Program-made: the position numbers and the translations under genes
The notes under the pieces: model-generated
The model's database searches: none
Told to the model about the DNA's origin: nothing
Seen by the model: only the letters and a program-made list of their open reading frames with translations
From: Candidatus Eiseniibacteriota bacterium
Lineage (GTDB): Bacteria > Eisenbacteria > RBG-16-71-46
Direction of reading: 5' to 3'
DNA length: 64,000 nt
Assembly (NCBI GenBank): GCA_031370785.1
Contig: JANMQY010000079.1
Coordinates: forward strand, 19,901 to 83,900
Shown: piece by piece, positions 1 to 13,258 of the stretch
How positions within the stretch are numbered: the stretch's first letter is position 1
Layout of the letters: the number at the start of each line of letters is the position of its first letter

Positions 1-1655
<1,655 letters not shown>

Positions 1656-1710
1656 GTCGTCGTTCCTGACCGGCGCCGGGATGTCTCCGGCGCCCTGGTT
1701 GGACTGTGCT

Positions 1711-2288
1711 TCAGCGGGCTCCTCGCCACGCCCAGTCGACGCCGGCGCTCACGTAGCGCCCGACAAGCACGTCGTTGGCGAGGCGGTGATAGCGAAGTGA
1801 TGCTCCGAGGGCGCCGCTGCCCATCGGTCGGCGCAGGCCGGCGGCGAGACTGAATCCGGTGGAGCCGACGCGGTTCTGGGTGACGCCGAGCCGGTCGTCT
1901 TCGACGCGGTAGTAACCCCACGTCGCGCTGCCGAACGGCTCCCATCCGCGCCGCGGCGCGGTCCGCGCGTCGAGCCGCCACGCCGCGCCGTAGGCGGCGC
2001 GGTGTCCGAGCCCGACGGTGCCGAGATCGGTTCCGTCGTTCGCATCCCTCAGCCGGCCGATTCGATTCCCGGCATCGTCCGCGAACAGGCCGAGACCGAA
2101 CGAGACGCCCTGGAGGTCGAGCGGCCACAGTGCGCCGAGCGAAAGCGACCAGCCGCCGCCGCCCAGATCTCCGGTGACCGCGAAAGAATGGCCGGCGCTT
2201 CCGGTCCATTCGGGCAGCGGCACCGCGCGCGCCATGGGAGTGCCGGCGAGCAGCAGGAGCAGCGAGGCGGATGCGATCAGTGGGCGCA

Positions 2289-2289
<1 letters not shown>
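1711..2289 (-). CDS. small outer-membrane beta-barrel-like protein (hypothetical)
   Basis: 192-aa ORF with signal peptide MRPLIASASLLLLLAGTPMARA. It is Gly/aromatic-rich with an alternating pattern (GLGLFAD, WGYYRVED, GFSLAAGL). Its ATG overlaps the gyrB stop (TGATG at 2287-2291). Confidence 0.6.
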
Positions 2290-4528
<2,239 letters not shown>

Positions 4529-4530
4529 CC

Positions 4531-5679
4531 CTATCCCGCAGCCTCGGGCAGTCGCAGCGGCATGATCAGGCACAGCTGCTCCTCCTCGGACTGCGGCAGC
4601 GCTCCTACCGGCTCGACGATTCCGGCCGCGAGCGCGGTATTGAGGCGGAACGCGACTTCCTCGGTCGGAATGCTCTTCAGGATTTCCAGCAGATAGCCTG
4701 CGTTGTAGCCGATGTCCATGTCGTCGCCCGCGTAATTCGCCTCGATCTGGTGCTCGCCCGCGCCGAGCTCGGTCGCGGACGACACACCGAGCTTGCCTGA
4801 GCGCACGGAGAAGCGCACCTGGCGCGTGATGTTGTCCGCGTGCGAGGCCACGATGTCCACGGCCTCCATCACGTCCGCGCGCCGCGCGCGAAGCTCGCGC
4901 GGGTTGTTGCGCGGGATCACCTGCTCGTAGTTCGGGTACGGTCCCTCGAGGAGCCGGGTCAGGATCTGCACGCGGTACTCCCCGACCTGGGTCGTGAAGC
5001 CGGCCTGGTTCTTTCCGGCGGCAATCTCGATCTCGACCGGGCTGGTCGCCTCCTCGGCGGTCCGGCTCACCGACTGGAGCGCCCGGCTCGGCACGATCAC
5101 GCCGTCCTTCGCCAACCCCGCGAACGAACCCTTGCGCGTGTATCGCGCGAGACGATGCCCGTCGGTGGCGACGAAGATCACCTGCTTGTCGTTGCCCTGA
5201 ATCAGCACGCCGTTGAGCTGCGGGCGCGTCTCCTCGTTCGATGCGGCATAGCCAGTGCGAGCGATCAAACGCGACAGCGCATCACCGCTCAGCGAGATCC
5301 TGGCGTCGGCCTTGAGCTCGGGAATGCGCGGAAAATCCGCGGGATCCTGAACCGGAAATTTCGACCAGCCCTTGCCGTCGCCGTACTTGACCTCGCACTG
5401 CCCGGAACCGATCGAGATCGACAGAATTCCCTTGGGCATCTTGCGCACGACGTCGTTGAAATGCCGCGCAGAAACCGCGGCGCGCCCCGGAGATTTCACG
5501 GCACTCGGAACGAGAACGGAGGTGGTCACGTCCAGGTCGGTTCCGGTCACCCGAAGGCCGTTCTTGTCGGCCTCCAGCAGCACGCAACTGAGCAGGGGCA
5601 GCGGGCTCTTGTTCGAGACCGAACCCAGCGCTCTGCCGACGGCGAACGCCAAGTCGCCCTGCTGAATGGTGAGTTCCAT
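4531..5679 (-). CDS. dnaN: DNA polymerase III beta sliding clamp
   Basis: MELTIQQGDLAFAVGRALGSVSNKSPLPLLSCVLLEADKNGLRVTGTDLDV...ATDGHRLA...MPLRL. GGGAG RBS upstream of ATG 5679. The ORF-track start 5760 adds 27 non-conserved residues. Confidence 0.95.
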   Translation of the reverse strand: MELTIQQGDLAFAVGRALGSVSNKSPLPLLSCVLLEADKNGLRVTGTDLDVTTSVLVPSAVKSPGRAAVSARHFNDVVRKMPKGILSISIGSGQCEVKYGDGKGWSKFPVQDPADFPRIPELKADARISLSGDALSRLIARTGYAASNEETRPQLNGVLIQGNDKQVIFVATDGHRLARYTRKGSFAGLAKDGVIVPSRALQSVSRTAEEATSPVEIEIAAGKNQAGFTTQVGEYRVQILTRLLEGPYPNYEQVIPRNNPRELRARRADVMEAVDIVASHADNITRQVRFSVRSGKLGVSSATELGAGEHQIEANYAGDDMDIGYNAGYLLEILKSIPTEEVAFRLNTALAAGIVEPVGALPQSEEEQLCLIMPLRLPEAAG

Positions 5680-5816
5680 ACGATCACTCCCTGACTGTTG
5701 GGAAGTCGAAGTCCCGCTGGTGTTTCCGGGAGCCGCAAAGGTGTCCGTGGAGGCATTCATTCGGGTGCCCGCATAGTAGTTTCTGGCCCTTACCCCTGCA
5801 AGCCCAGATTCACTGC

Positions 5817-5857
5817 TTCTAACCTATTGTATTTCAATAAGAAAGAAGCTAGTAACC
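5817..5857. promoter_or_regulatory. AT-rich block, candidate DNA-unwinding element of oriC
   Basis: TTCTAACCTATTGTATTTCAATAAGAAAGAAGCTAGTAACC. This is by eye the most AT-rich ~40 bp in the window. It lies in the dnaA-dnaN spacer next to DnaA-box-like 9-mers. Confidence 0.5.
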
Positions 5858-5865
5858 GTAGGGCC

Positions 5866-6028
5866 TGTGGAGTTTGTGAAAGGACCCGTATTTCGGGTCC
5901 TAAATGGGTCCTGGCTAATGGGATGGAAGTTCGTACCGAAATGTGGAGAACCTTCGCTGATTCCACATTCCGGTACGGGTCGCGCGGGAAGCTCAAAACT
6001 TTCCCCAAGCGTCCACCGGTTTTCCACA
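5866..6028. promoter_or_regulatory. DnaA-box cluster 1 (dnaA-dnaN spacer)
   Basis: TGTGGAGTT 5866-5874, TGTGGAGAA 5942-5950, GATTCCACA 5959-5967, TTTTCCACA 6020-6028. All carry the TCCACA/TGTGGA core and have 1-3 mismatches to TTATCCACA. Confidence 0.6.
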
Positions 6029-6030
6029 GC

Positions 6031-7416
6031 TCATCCGGACGCCAGCGTGGAGATCAGTCCGTTGATCTTCTCGGAGAACGGCTCGTTGCTGGCGATCAAG
6101 GTCGCGACTTTTTCGCACGCGTAGAGCACGGTCGTGTGATCGCGACCGCCGAACATGCGTCCGATCTCGACCAGGCTGAGCTCGGTGAGCTGGCGCATCA
6201 GGTACATCGCGACCTGGCGTGGCAGCACCACCGTGCGCGTACGTCGCTGCCCGCAGATCGCGTCGGTTTTCACCGCGAAGCGCTCTGCGACCGCGGTGAG
6301 GATGCGCTCCGGAGTCATCTGGTCTGGCTCCGGATTGACGTAGTGCTGCAGCACGTCGTCGGCGATCTCGAGAGAAATCTCCTGGTGCGTCAGCGAAGCC
6401 ACCGCGATCAGCCGCACCAGGCAGCCTTCCAGATCGCGAATGTTGCTGTGGATCCGATCCGCGATCAACAGGAGCACGTCTTCCGGCAGACGCACACCTT
6501 CGCCCTCGAGCTCGCAGCGGTTGCGCAGAATCGCGATCCGCGTCTCGAGGTCGGGCTGCTGGATGTCAGTGACCAGGCCCTGATTGAAGCGCGAGGTCAG
6601 CCGCTCCTCGAGCATCGGGATGTCCTTGGGAGGCTTGTCCGCGGTGACCACGACCTGCTTGCGCGCATCGCGAAGCGCGTTGAACGTGTAGAAGAACTCC
6701 TCCTGCGTGCTCTCCTTGCCGGCCAGGAACTGGATGTCATCGATCAGCAGCACGTCGACGTTCCGGTACTTGTTTCGGAACGCCAGCGTCTGGCCGTGCT
6801 GGATGGAGTAGATCATCTCGTTGGTGAACCGCTCGGCCGAGACGTAGTACACCCGGGTCTCGGGGTCGGTCGCGCGCACCGCGTGGCCGATCGCGTGGAG
6901 CAGGTGGGTCTTGCCGAGCCCGGAGCCGCCGAAGATGAAAAGAGGGTTGTAGACGTTTGCGGGATTGCCGGCCACGCCGAGGCAGGCCGCATGCGTGAAG
7001 CGGTTGCTGCTTCCCACGACGAACGATTCGAACGTGAGTCTCGGGTTGAGCTGGCTCTCGAGCCAGGCGCGCTGCGGGCGCTGGACTTCGGAAGTCGAAA
7101 CCGTGGCGGAGCGGGCCTCGAGCGATGCCGCCTCGAAGGGCACGGACTCGCGCGCGGCGAAACGGATCTCGGGCACGTCGCCGAGGATTTCTCCCAGGCA
7201 GATGCTCAGCATTGGAAGGTGGTGTTCGTGGATCCAATCCACGAAGAAGGCGTTTGGAACTTCGAGTTCGACACTGCTGGGAGAGATCTCGAGCGGGACG
7301 ATCGGCTTGAACCACGTATCGAAAGCCTGCGGGCTCGCGACTCTGCCCCGAATCGACGTGAGGACCTGCTCCCAGATCCGGCCGAGCTCCTCGGACTGCG
7401 CAGTCAAAACGGCCAT
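6031..7416 (-). CDS. dnaA: chromosomal replication initiator protein DnaA
   Basis: AAA+ Walker A GGSGLGKTHLLHAIGH, a box VII region, and a C-terminal DNA-binding domain (VVLPRQVAMYLMRQLTELSLVEIGRMFGGRDHTTVLYACEKV). The start is trimmed to ATG 7416 (MAVLTAQSEELGRIWEQVL). The ORF-track extension to 7623 is non-conserved and covers DnaA boxes. Confidence 0.97.
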   Translation of the reverse strand: MAVLTAQSEELGRIWEQVLTSIRGRVASPQAFDTWFKPIVPLEISPSSVELEVPNAFFVDWIHEHHLPMLSICLGEILGDVPEIRFAARESVPFEAASLEARSATVSTSEVQRPQRAWLESQLNPRLTFESFVVGSSNRFTHAACLGVAGNPANVYNPLFIFGGSGLGKTHLLHAIGHAVRATDPETRVYYVSAERFTNEMIYSIQHGQTLAFRNKYRNVDVLLIDDIQFLAGKESTQEEFFYTFNALRDARKQVVVTADKPPKDIPMLEERLTSRFNQGLVTDIQQPDLETRIAILRNRCELEGEGVRLPEDVLLLIADRIHSNIRDLEGCLVRLIAVASLTHQEISLEIADDVLQHYVNPEPDQMTPERILTAVAERFAVKTDAICGQRRTRTVVLPRQVAMYLMRQLTELSLVEIGRMFGGRDHTTVLYACEKVATLIASNEPFSEKINGLISTLASG

Positions 7417-7445
7417 TTCAACGGTCCTTGCTGAAAGGTCGCGAA

Positions 7446-7668
7446 CTTTCCACAGGGTTCGAGGCTGCGGGAACGCGTTTCTGCCGCGGCCCCGGGCCCG
7501 GTGGGGGAGTTCGTTGTGGAAATCGAGCGGGCGAGTTATCAACATTGAGTGGAAAGACGCCATCTGTTCACATGGCTTGTGGTTAGGTGCTGCCCTGCCT
7601 CCTCTCGTCCACACTGATTCCACAAAGCCGGCGAACGCCGTCGGCGACGGAGCTGGAAGGGCTCCACA
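7446..7668. promoter_or_regulatory. DnaA-box cluster 2 (upstream of dnaA)
   Basis: CTTTCCACA 7446-7454, TGTGGAAAT 7515-7523, TTATCAACA 7536-7544, TGTGGTTAG 7578-7586, TCGTCCACA 7605-7613, GATTCCACA 7616-7624, GGCTCCACA 7660-7668. Confidence 0.6.
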
Positions 7669-7907
7669 GGGCGCGTGGGGGCGCCGTGCAAGACATTGCT
7701 ATCAAATTGGTTGTAGGTGAGCGCCAGAACCATCTCGGAAGGCCGCAGAGAGGCCTTCTTCCAAGAGTCGAGGAGGCTAGCACCCGCCCCGGGACCCTAC
7801 AAGCCGCATTTTGGGATGGCGGCTCATGGCATAACATATTGAGAAACAGCGTCTTGCGCCTATGCCCCGGGGCTGCCCGGACGTTCACATCGGCCCTGTC
7901 CCGGCCG

Positions 7908-8549
7908 TCAGAAGGGGAGATTGACCCCGGCCGAGAATCCGACATTGTCGTTAAAGTCATCGGACAGGCGCAGTTGCAGCTCCGCCGTAAGCCGGACGTC
8001 GGGGATGGCTCGCAGCTCCGCGCCGATTCTCACCGGAACCGAGAGATCGCTGAGGTGCGTGGCTCCCGCATCGACGTTCGAGAACAGAAGCTGGAAGCCG
8101 ACGAACGGAATGACCTTCGAGCCGCCGTCGGCGCGCGGGCTGAGGCTGATCACTCCGCTCGGCCCGACGCTGAGCACGCTGTAGTTGTCGCCAGTTTCGA
8201 CTCCGATCGCGCCGCCGAATGCCAGATCGATCGGCGAGCTCGACGTTCCGTGTCGCGCCGCGATCTTGAGATCGGCGCCCAGATGAACCGTGGTGCGATT
8301 GCCGCCGACGTAGTTGATGCGATTGAGCCCGCCCTGAAAACCGAAGTCCACGTTGGGATAGAAGCTCAGCCGGAGCCCCGCGGTCAGCCCGACGACGCTG
8401 TCGCTTCCGTTCAGATGCCCGCCGAACAGATGCCCATTGACGGGAAGCGTCTCGGCGCCCACGTACTGACCCGAAACCTGGGCGTTCGCAGCGGGGGCGA
8501 TGATGACGAGTGCTCCGGTCAGCAGCACCGTTGCCAGACGATGATTCAC
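7908..8549 (-). CDS. outer-membrane beta-barrel protein (hypothetical, ~213 aa)
   Basis: GTG start preceded by a GGGAGGT RBS. Signal peptide VNHRLATVLLTGALVIIAPAANA, alternating beta-strand pattern, and a C-terminal ...GFSAGVNLPF aromatic terminus typical of OMPs. The 533-aa ORF-track model is an artefactual upstream extension. Confidence 0.7.
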   Translation of the reverse strand: MNHRLATVLLTGALVIIAPAANAQVSGQYVGAETLPVNGHLFGGHLNGSDSVVGLTAGLRLSFYPNVDFGFQGGLNRINYVGGNRTTVHLGADLKIAARHGTSSSPIDLAFGGAIGVETGDNYSVLSVGPSGVISLSPRADGGSKVIPFVGFQLLFSNVDAGATHLSDLSVPVRIGAELRAIPDVRLTAELQLRLSDDFNDNVGFSAGVNLPF

Positions 8550-8681
8550 TCTGCACCTCCCTGTGGGTTGGCTCCGGCGGGAGCTTAATCTCCTCGCGCG
8601 GGACGCACCGTCGCAAATCGCGGAAATCACGGTCAAGGAAAACTTGTCGGCCGCGCGGGCGCGTGATAGCGATGCGCGGCC

Positions 8682-9578
8682 ATGAAGCTTCTCAGTGACT
8701 TCGATGGAGTGTGGACCAATCCCGCCGCAGAGGCACGCGAGCAGGGCGAATACCTCGATGCCACGTTGCTCGAGTGGACCGCGCCCGCCGAGCGCGCTGC
8801 GACCGCCGAATGGCTGGCGCGCGCCCGCGCCGCAACCTTCGCCGAGCCGACCCGGTACGGCTGGGCACCGGGAGGGCGGATCTCGGCGTTCGCCGACGAG
8901 GACCCGTTCTCGCCGCACAGCGCCCTGCTCCACTACCTGCACCTGCACCGGGCCGACGACGCAGGCGCTGCGGCGCTGCATGCGGCGATCGAGGCGCATG
9001 GCTTCGCCAGTCTCGAAGCGTTCGGGGGGGAAGCGCACGCCAGGGGCGTGCAGCGCGCGGTGGCCGCGCGCGGTCCCGGCATCCTGCCGGCCGCGGCCGA
9101 TGCCGGCCGGCGCCTGCTCGCGCGAGGCGTCGAGATCGTAGTCGTCTCGAACTCCGGCACCGACAAGCTGGCCGCGTGGTTCGACCACGCCGGTGTGCCG
9201 CAGCGGGTGCATCCCGAGCGCGCAAAGGGAGCCCTCCGCCTGCGCGGCTCCGCGCGCAAGTTCGTGCTCGACGGTCCGGAGCGCGAGCCGGTGTTGCTCG
9301 GCGCCACCAGGGTGGACGTCGCACGGCCGTTCTACGATGCCATCCTGCGCGACGAGCGGCCGGACGCGGTGGTGGGGGACGTGTTCTCGCTGGATCTGGC
9401 GCTGCCCCTTGCGCTCCGGCGGCGCGAGCCGGCGTTCGCCGCACTGCGCCTGCTGTGGATCATCCACGACTACACGCCGGCGTGGCTGAGGCGCGAAGTC
9501 GAGCGCCACGTTCCGGAGGTCGAGCCGATCGAGGGCGGGTTTGCGGCCGTCGCGGAGAAGCTCCTCGAAGGAAAGTAG
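8682..9578 (+). CDS. HAD-superfamily hydrolase-like protein
   Basis: N-terminal MKLLSDFDGVW (DxDxV motif I), VVVSNSG (motif II) and VVGDVFSLD (motif IV-like). The specific function is not assignable. Confidence 0.5.
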   Translation: MKLLSDFDGVWTNPAAEAREQGEYLDATLLEWTAPAERAATAEWLARARAATFAEPTRYGWAPGGRISAFADEDPFSPHSALLHYLHLHRADDAGAAALHAAIEAHGFASLEAFGGEAHARGVQRAVAARGPGILPAAADAGRRLLARGVEIVVVSNSGTDKLAAWFDHAGVPQRVHPERAKGALRLRGSARKFVLDGPEREPVLLGATRVDVARPFYDAILRDERPDAVVGDVFSLDLALPLALRRREPAFAALRLLWIIHDYTPAWLRREVERHVPEVEPIEGGFAAVAEKLLEGK

Positions 9579-9591
9579 GGGAGGGACGGAC

Positions 9592-10485
9592 CTACCGCGC
9601 GGCCGACCCTCCGCCGAGATCGTAGAACGCGGAGGCCCATTCGGCGATCTCGCGAAATCCGATCCGCCGGTAGACCGCGAGCGCGGGTGCGTTGAAATCG
9701 TTCACGAACAGACACGCGTGCCGGCTGTGCTCGAACAGACGTGTACACAGCTCCGAGACTCCGCGGCGCGCAAGGCCGCGATTCCTTCGTTCGGGCGGCG
9801 TGTACACGCCCGAGATCTGCACCGCGTCCGAAGTGCGCGCACTGACGCTGGCGCGGAAGCACAGGCCATCCCCGTCGAGCCACAGCGAGGTATAGCCGTC
9901 ACGACATTCCTCCTGCACGCGACGCGCGTAGGCGGCGGCATCGGCCGTGCGCGGATCTTCCTCGAGCTCCTCCGCGCGCAGCCGTGCGCCGCTCTCGTAG
10001 ATCACGTCGTAGTCTTCGCCGTGTGCAGCGCGGAGCTCGGGCACGCGCTCGAACGACGGGAGCGCCGTCTGCGCGAGCGCCATGTAGGTCTGGGCGCGGA
10101 ACAGTCGCGGGGCGAGTCCGGCGCGACGCAGACGATCCGTGAAGTCGCCGACCACCACCCGCGGCCCGATCACCTGGAAGCGTCGCGGCATGAAGCTCAG
10201 CCGCTCGCACGCCAGATCGCTCATGCGCCGGGCGGCTTCGGGATCGCTGGTGAGCGGGAGCAGCGAGCCGGAAGGTCCGCCCATGTGGAGCAGGCCGACG
10301 AGTACGCCTCCGCGCCGGGCGGCCCAGAACTCATCGCGCACCTGGGCCAGCGAGTCCCGAAGCACGAGCGCGGTCAGGTAGACGTTCAGCACCGGATCCT
10401 GGTCGAGGTAGCCGAATACCTCGACCAGATCGCGCGGACTCAGCCGCTCGAGTGAGACCGTCTCGGTTCCCTGGTGCACGCTCAT
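9592..10485 (-). CDS. GNAT family N-acetyltransferase
   Basis: The C-terminal half carries the acetyl-CoA motif PERRNRGLARRGVSELC and ...FVNDFNAPALAVYRRIGFRE. Confidence 0.7.
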   Translation of the reverse strand: MSVHQGTETVSLERLSPRDLVEVFGYLDQDPVLNVYLTALVLRDSLAQVRDEFWAARRGGVLVGLLHMGGPSGSLLPLTSDPEAARRMSDLACERLSFMPRRFQVIGPRVVVGDFTDRLRRAGLAPRLFRAQTYMALAQTALPSFERVPELRAAHGEDYDVIYESGARLRAEELEEDPRTADAAAYARRVQEECRDGYTSLWLDGDGLCFRASVSARTSDAVQISGVYTPPERRNRGLARRGVSELCTRLFEHSRHACLFVNDFNAPALAVYRRIGFREIAEWASAFYDLGGGSAAR

Positions 10486-10578
10486 GCGAAAACCTCTCGT
10501 ACGGTCGCAGCGCCGGGCCCGGCAATGGGCATGCCGCGCGCATCCGATGTCGCATCATGGTACCCCGGGAAGAGGGGT

Positions 10579-11322
10579 TCAGACGATTCTCTCGAAGATC
10601 GAGTCCACCAGAGCGTCGAATCCCAGATCGCGCTTGTTGCGCGGGCGCTCGAGCGGGATGTCGAGGTCCGCGGCGACGCGGCCCGGGTGATGCGCCAGCA
10701 CCAGCACCCGGTCGGCCATCAACACCGCCTCCTCGATGATGTGGGTGACCATCACCACTGTGTGCACCGGAAGCGCGTGATCGGCCCACAGCGTGAGCAC
10801 CTCCTCGCGCAGGTTGGCCGAGGTCAGCGCATCGAGTCCGGCGAACGGTTCGTCCATGAACAGCAGGTCGGGTTCGACCGCGAGCGCCCGCGCCAGCCCG
10901 GCACGCTGCTTCATCCCGCCCGAGAGCTCGCTCGGGTACGCCTCCTCGTAGCCGTCGAGGCCGACCTTGTCCAGGTAGAACGCCGCACGCCGGCGCGCGT
11001 CCTCGTCCGCAAGCTCGCGCGCCTTGAGTCCGAGCTCGACGTTGGCCTGCACCGTGAGCCACGGCAGTAGCGCGAAGGACTGGAACACCATCGCTGCGCG
11101 CAGATTCACGCCCTCTACCGGCTGGCCCTGATAGAGCACGGATCCGGCCGAGGGGGGAGTGAGGCCCATCATGATGCGCAGCAGAGTGGACTTGCCGCTG
11201 CCCGACGGACCGACGATGCACACGAACTGGCCGTCCGGGATGCGCACGTGGATGTCGTCGAGCACCGGCATCACGCGCCCGCGATCGGCGAAATTCTTGT
11301 GCACGTGGTTCAGCTCGAGCAC
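10579..11322 (-). CDS. ABC transporter ATP-binding protein (NitT/TauT-like)
   Basis: Walker A GPSGSGKSTLL, signature LSGGMKQRAGLARAL and Walker B LLFMDEPFAGLD. The GTG start is 1 nt after the permease stop. Confidence 0.9.
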   Translation of the reverse strand: MLELNHVHKNFADRGRVMPVLDDIHVRIPDGQFVCIVGPSGSGKSTLLRIMMGLTPPSAGSVLYQGQPVEGVNLRAAMVFQSFALLPWLTVQANVELGLKARELADEDARRRAAFYLDKVGLDGYEEAYPSELSGGMKQRAGLARALAVEPDLLFMDEPFAGLDALTSANLREEVLTLWADHALPVHTVVMVTHIIEEAVLMADRVLVLAHHPGRVAADLDIPLERPRNKRDLGFDALVDSIFERIV

Positions 11323-11323
11323 C

Positions 11324-13018
11324 TCAGCCCTCCAGCCGGTAGCGATTGTTCACGTACCGGAACAGCCGATCCCACACCAGCCGGTTGAAGGCAACCACGG
11401 TGATCACCAGCGCGGCGAGCGACAGGAACAGCAGCGCGCGGCTACCGGTCTTGAAAGTGGCGCGATTGAGTAGCGCTCCGACCCCGAGCACCTCGTAGAC
11501 GTGTCCCCGATAGGTCACGTACTCGGAAAGGATGAGCGCGTTCCAGGTTCCGCCCCACGCCACCACGCTGCCGGTGACCAGCGACGGCATGCACGCCGGC
11601 AGGGTGAGCTTGCGATGGATCGCGGCGCGCGACAGCCCGAGCGAGCGCAGCGATTCCTTGAGATCGGTCGGAACGCGCTGCACACCGGCGAGCAGATTGA
11701 ACAGCAGGTACCACTGCATGCCGGTGAGCGCGAGCGCGACCGAGATCATCTCCATGCCTCCCAGGCGGCCGACCAGCAGCGCGACCAGCACCGGGAAGAA
11801 GGCGGTCGCCGGCAGCGATGCTCCGACCTGTGCCACCAGCGACAGCGCGCGCGCACCGCGCGGGTGGTCGCTCGCCCACAGTGTCACCGGGATGGTCCAG
11901 AGCAGCGCCAGCACGTACGCGGCGTTGATGCGCAGGAACGAGTAGAACAGTGCGAGCGGCACCGAGGAGGCCTCGGGCGGCCATGGCGGCCGGAACACCC
12001 GCACCATTGCCACCACGCCCATCATCGCCCCGAGCAGGGCGGCGGCCAGCACCGGCCAGCGCGCCACCCGCCACGCGGCGCCGAGCAGCTTCGCGATCGC
12101 GCTGACGAGGCGGTTTGCCTTTGCGAGCGGCATTCGATTCCACACCGCCCGCCCGGCGCTGCGCAGCGGCCGCAGCAGGGCGGGCAGTCCGAGATCGGGC
12201 AGGCTCAGGCGCGCCTTCTCGGTCTCTTCGACGCCGTGCGTGTCGTAGCGGAAGCGGCGCGACCACGCGCGCAGCGGCCGCCACACCAGGAATTCCATCG
12301 CGAGCACGATCAGCGTGAGCACCACGATCGCGCCGGCGGCGAGGCGCAGATTCCCGGTGGCAAAGGCCCGCGCCATGATGCTGCCCAGGCCGGGCAGCGG
12401 ATATTCGACCGGGCCGGCCACGATGATCTCGCTCGCGATCAGGAAGTACCAGCCGTTGGCCCACGACAGGATGCTGTTGTAGATCAGGGTGGGGATGCAG
12501 GCCGGCAGCAGGAGCGTTCGCCACAGCAGTATGCCGCGCACACCCAGGCTCTCGGTGGCGGCCCGCGTCTCGAGCGGAATCGTGGACAGCCCCTCGTAGA
12601 CGCCGAACGCGAGATTCCACGACTGGCTGGTGAAGAGCAGGAAGATGGAGGCGAGCTCGATTCCGAGCCGCCCGCCGCCCATGACCGTGACGAACAGGAA
12701 GATCGCGGCGGGGAAGAACCCGAGCACCGGCACCGACTGCCCCACGTCGAGCAGCGGCAGCAGAATCCGCGCCGCACGCGGACTGGTCGCGGCCTTGTAG
12801 CCCACGATCCACGCGAACACCAGCGACAGGACGTAGGAGGCGGTCATGCGCAGCAGCGACCACGCCGCGGCGGCGGGCAGCTCGCCGACCCCGGGCTCGT
12901 GCGCGACCACTCGCGCAATCGAGAGCGCGCGCGGCCCCTGCGAGAGCGTCGCGAGCGCGAGCAGGCCGGCGATCACCCCGATCGTCAGCCAGCGCGATGT
13001 CGGACGGGTTTCGGTCAT
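11324..13018 (-). CDS. ABC transporter permease, fused double BPD-type permease
   Basis: About 564 aa, highly hydrophobic, with two permease-like halves. The start is trimmed to ATG 13018 (MTETRPTSRWLTIGVIAGLL), which has a GGGGAAGG RBS. No binding-protein gene is adjacent. Confidence 0.8.
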   Translation of the reverse strand: MTETRPTSRWLTIGVIAGLLALATLSQGPRALSIARVVAHEPGVGELPAAAAWSLLRMTASYVLSLVFAWIVGYKAATSPRAARILLPLLDVGQSVPVLGFFPAAIFLFVTVMGGGRLGIELASIFLLFTSQSWNLAFGVYEGLSTIPLETRAATESLGVRGILLWRTLLLPACIPTLIYNSILSWANGWYFLIASEIIVAGPVEYPLPGLGSIMARAFATGNLRLAAGAIVVLTLIVLAMEFLVWRPLRAWSRRFRYDTHGVEETEKARLSLPDLGLPALLRPLRSAGRAVWNRMPLAKANRLVSAIAKLLGAAWRVARWPVLAAALLGAMMGVVAMVRVFRPPWPPEASSVPLALFYSFLRINAAYVLALLWTIPVTLWASDHPRGARALSLVAQVGASLPATAFFPVLVALLVGRLGGMEMISVALALTGMQWYLLFNLLAGVQRVPTDLKESLRSLGLSRAAIHRKLTLPACMPSLVTGSVVAWGGTWNALILSEYVTYRGHVYEVLGVGALLNRATFKTGSRALLFLSLAALVITVVAFNRLVWDRLFRYVNNRYRLEG

Positions 13019-13207
13019 GCGCAACCTTCCCCTCGAGGTGGAGCCCGCGCGCGGCCCCTCAAGGCTCGCGACGGGGAACTCCGCCGGCCGTGAGCGTGGA
13101 TGATTCCGCAATCTAGCGTGCGGATCGCGCGCACAACAACGTTTAATCGCGGTCCGTGAGCGATTGTCGGCCGCGCCACTTCGGCCCGCGTCCCCTGAGG
13201 CCCGCGA

Positions 13208-13237
13208 TTGACCCGGCTCTCACGGCGCGCTTAGCAT
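13208..13237 (+). promoter_or_regulatory. sigma70-like promoter candidate for phoB
   Basis: TTGACC (13208-13213), an 18-nt spacer, then TAGCAT (13232-13237). GGAGGA RBS at 13251-13256 and ATG at 13259. Confidence 0.35.
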
Positions 13238-13258
13238 CGCGATCCCATCGGAGGACGC

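Noticed and set aside
6031-7623. ORF-track N-terminal extensions taken at face value: dnaA to 7623, dnaN to 5760, pstS to 25776, phoU to 22404, pstB to 23342, OMP to 9509, OmpA2 to 52084, eda to 53387, M16B from 35595, permease to 13111.
   Set aside because: The extensions are non-conserved, overlap neighbouring genes or DnaA boxes, and internal starts with RBSs reproduce canonical N-termini or signal peptides. Coordinates were trimmed accordingly.
8550-8681. CCGTGATTTCC (minus strand) upstream of the 7908..8549 OMP gene, which resembles the CGTGTTCT unit of the Pho-box candidates.
   Set aside because: It is a single unit without phased partners at 11-12 nt, so the similarity is within chance expectation.
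13112-13258. Looked for the same phased CGT-unit repeat in the divergent promoter region between the ABC importer and phoB (autoregulation).
   Set aside because: The CGT units present (AACGTTTAAT, TCCGTGAGC) are 15 nt apart and do not match the unit sequence. Only a generic sigma70-like promoter is reported.
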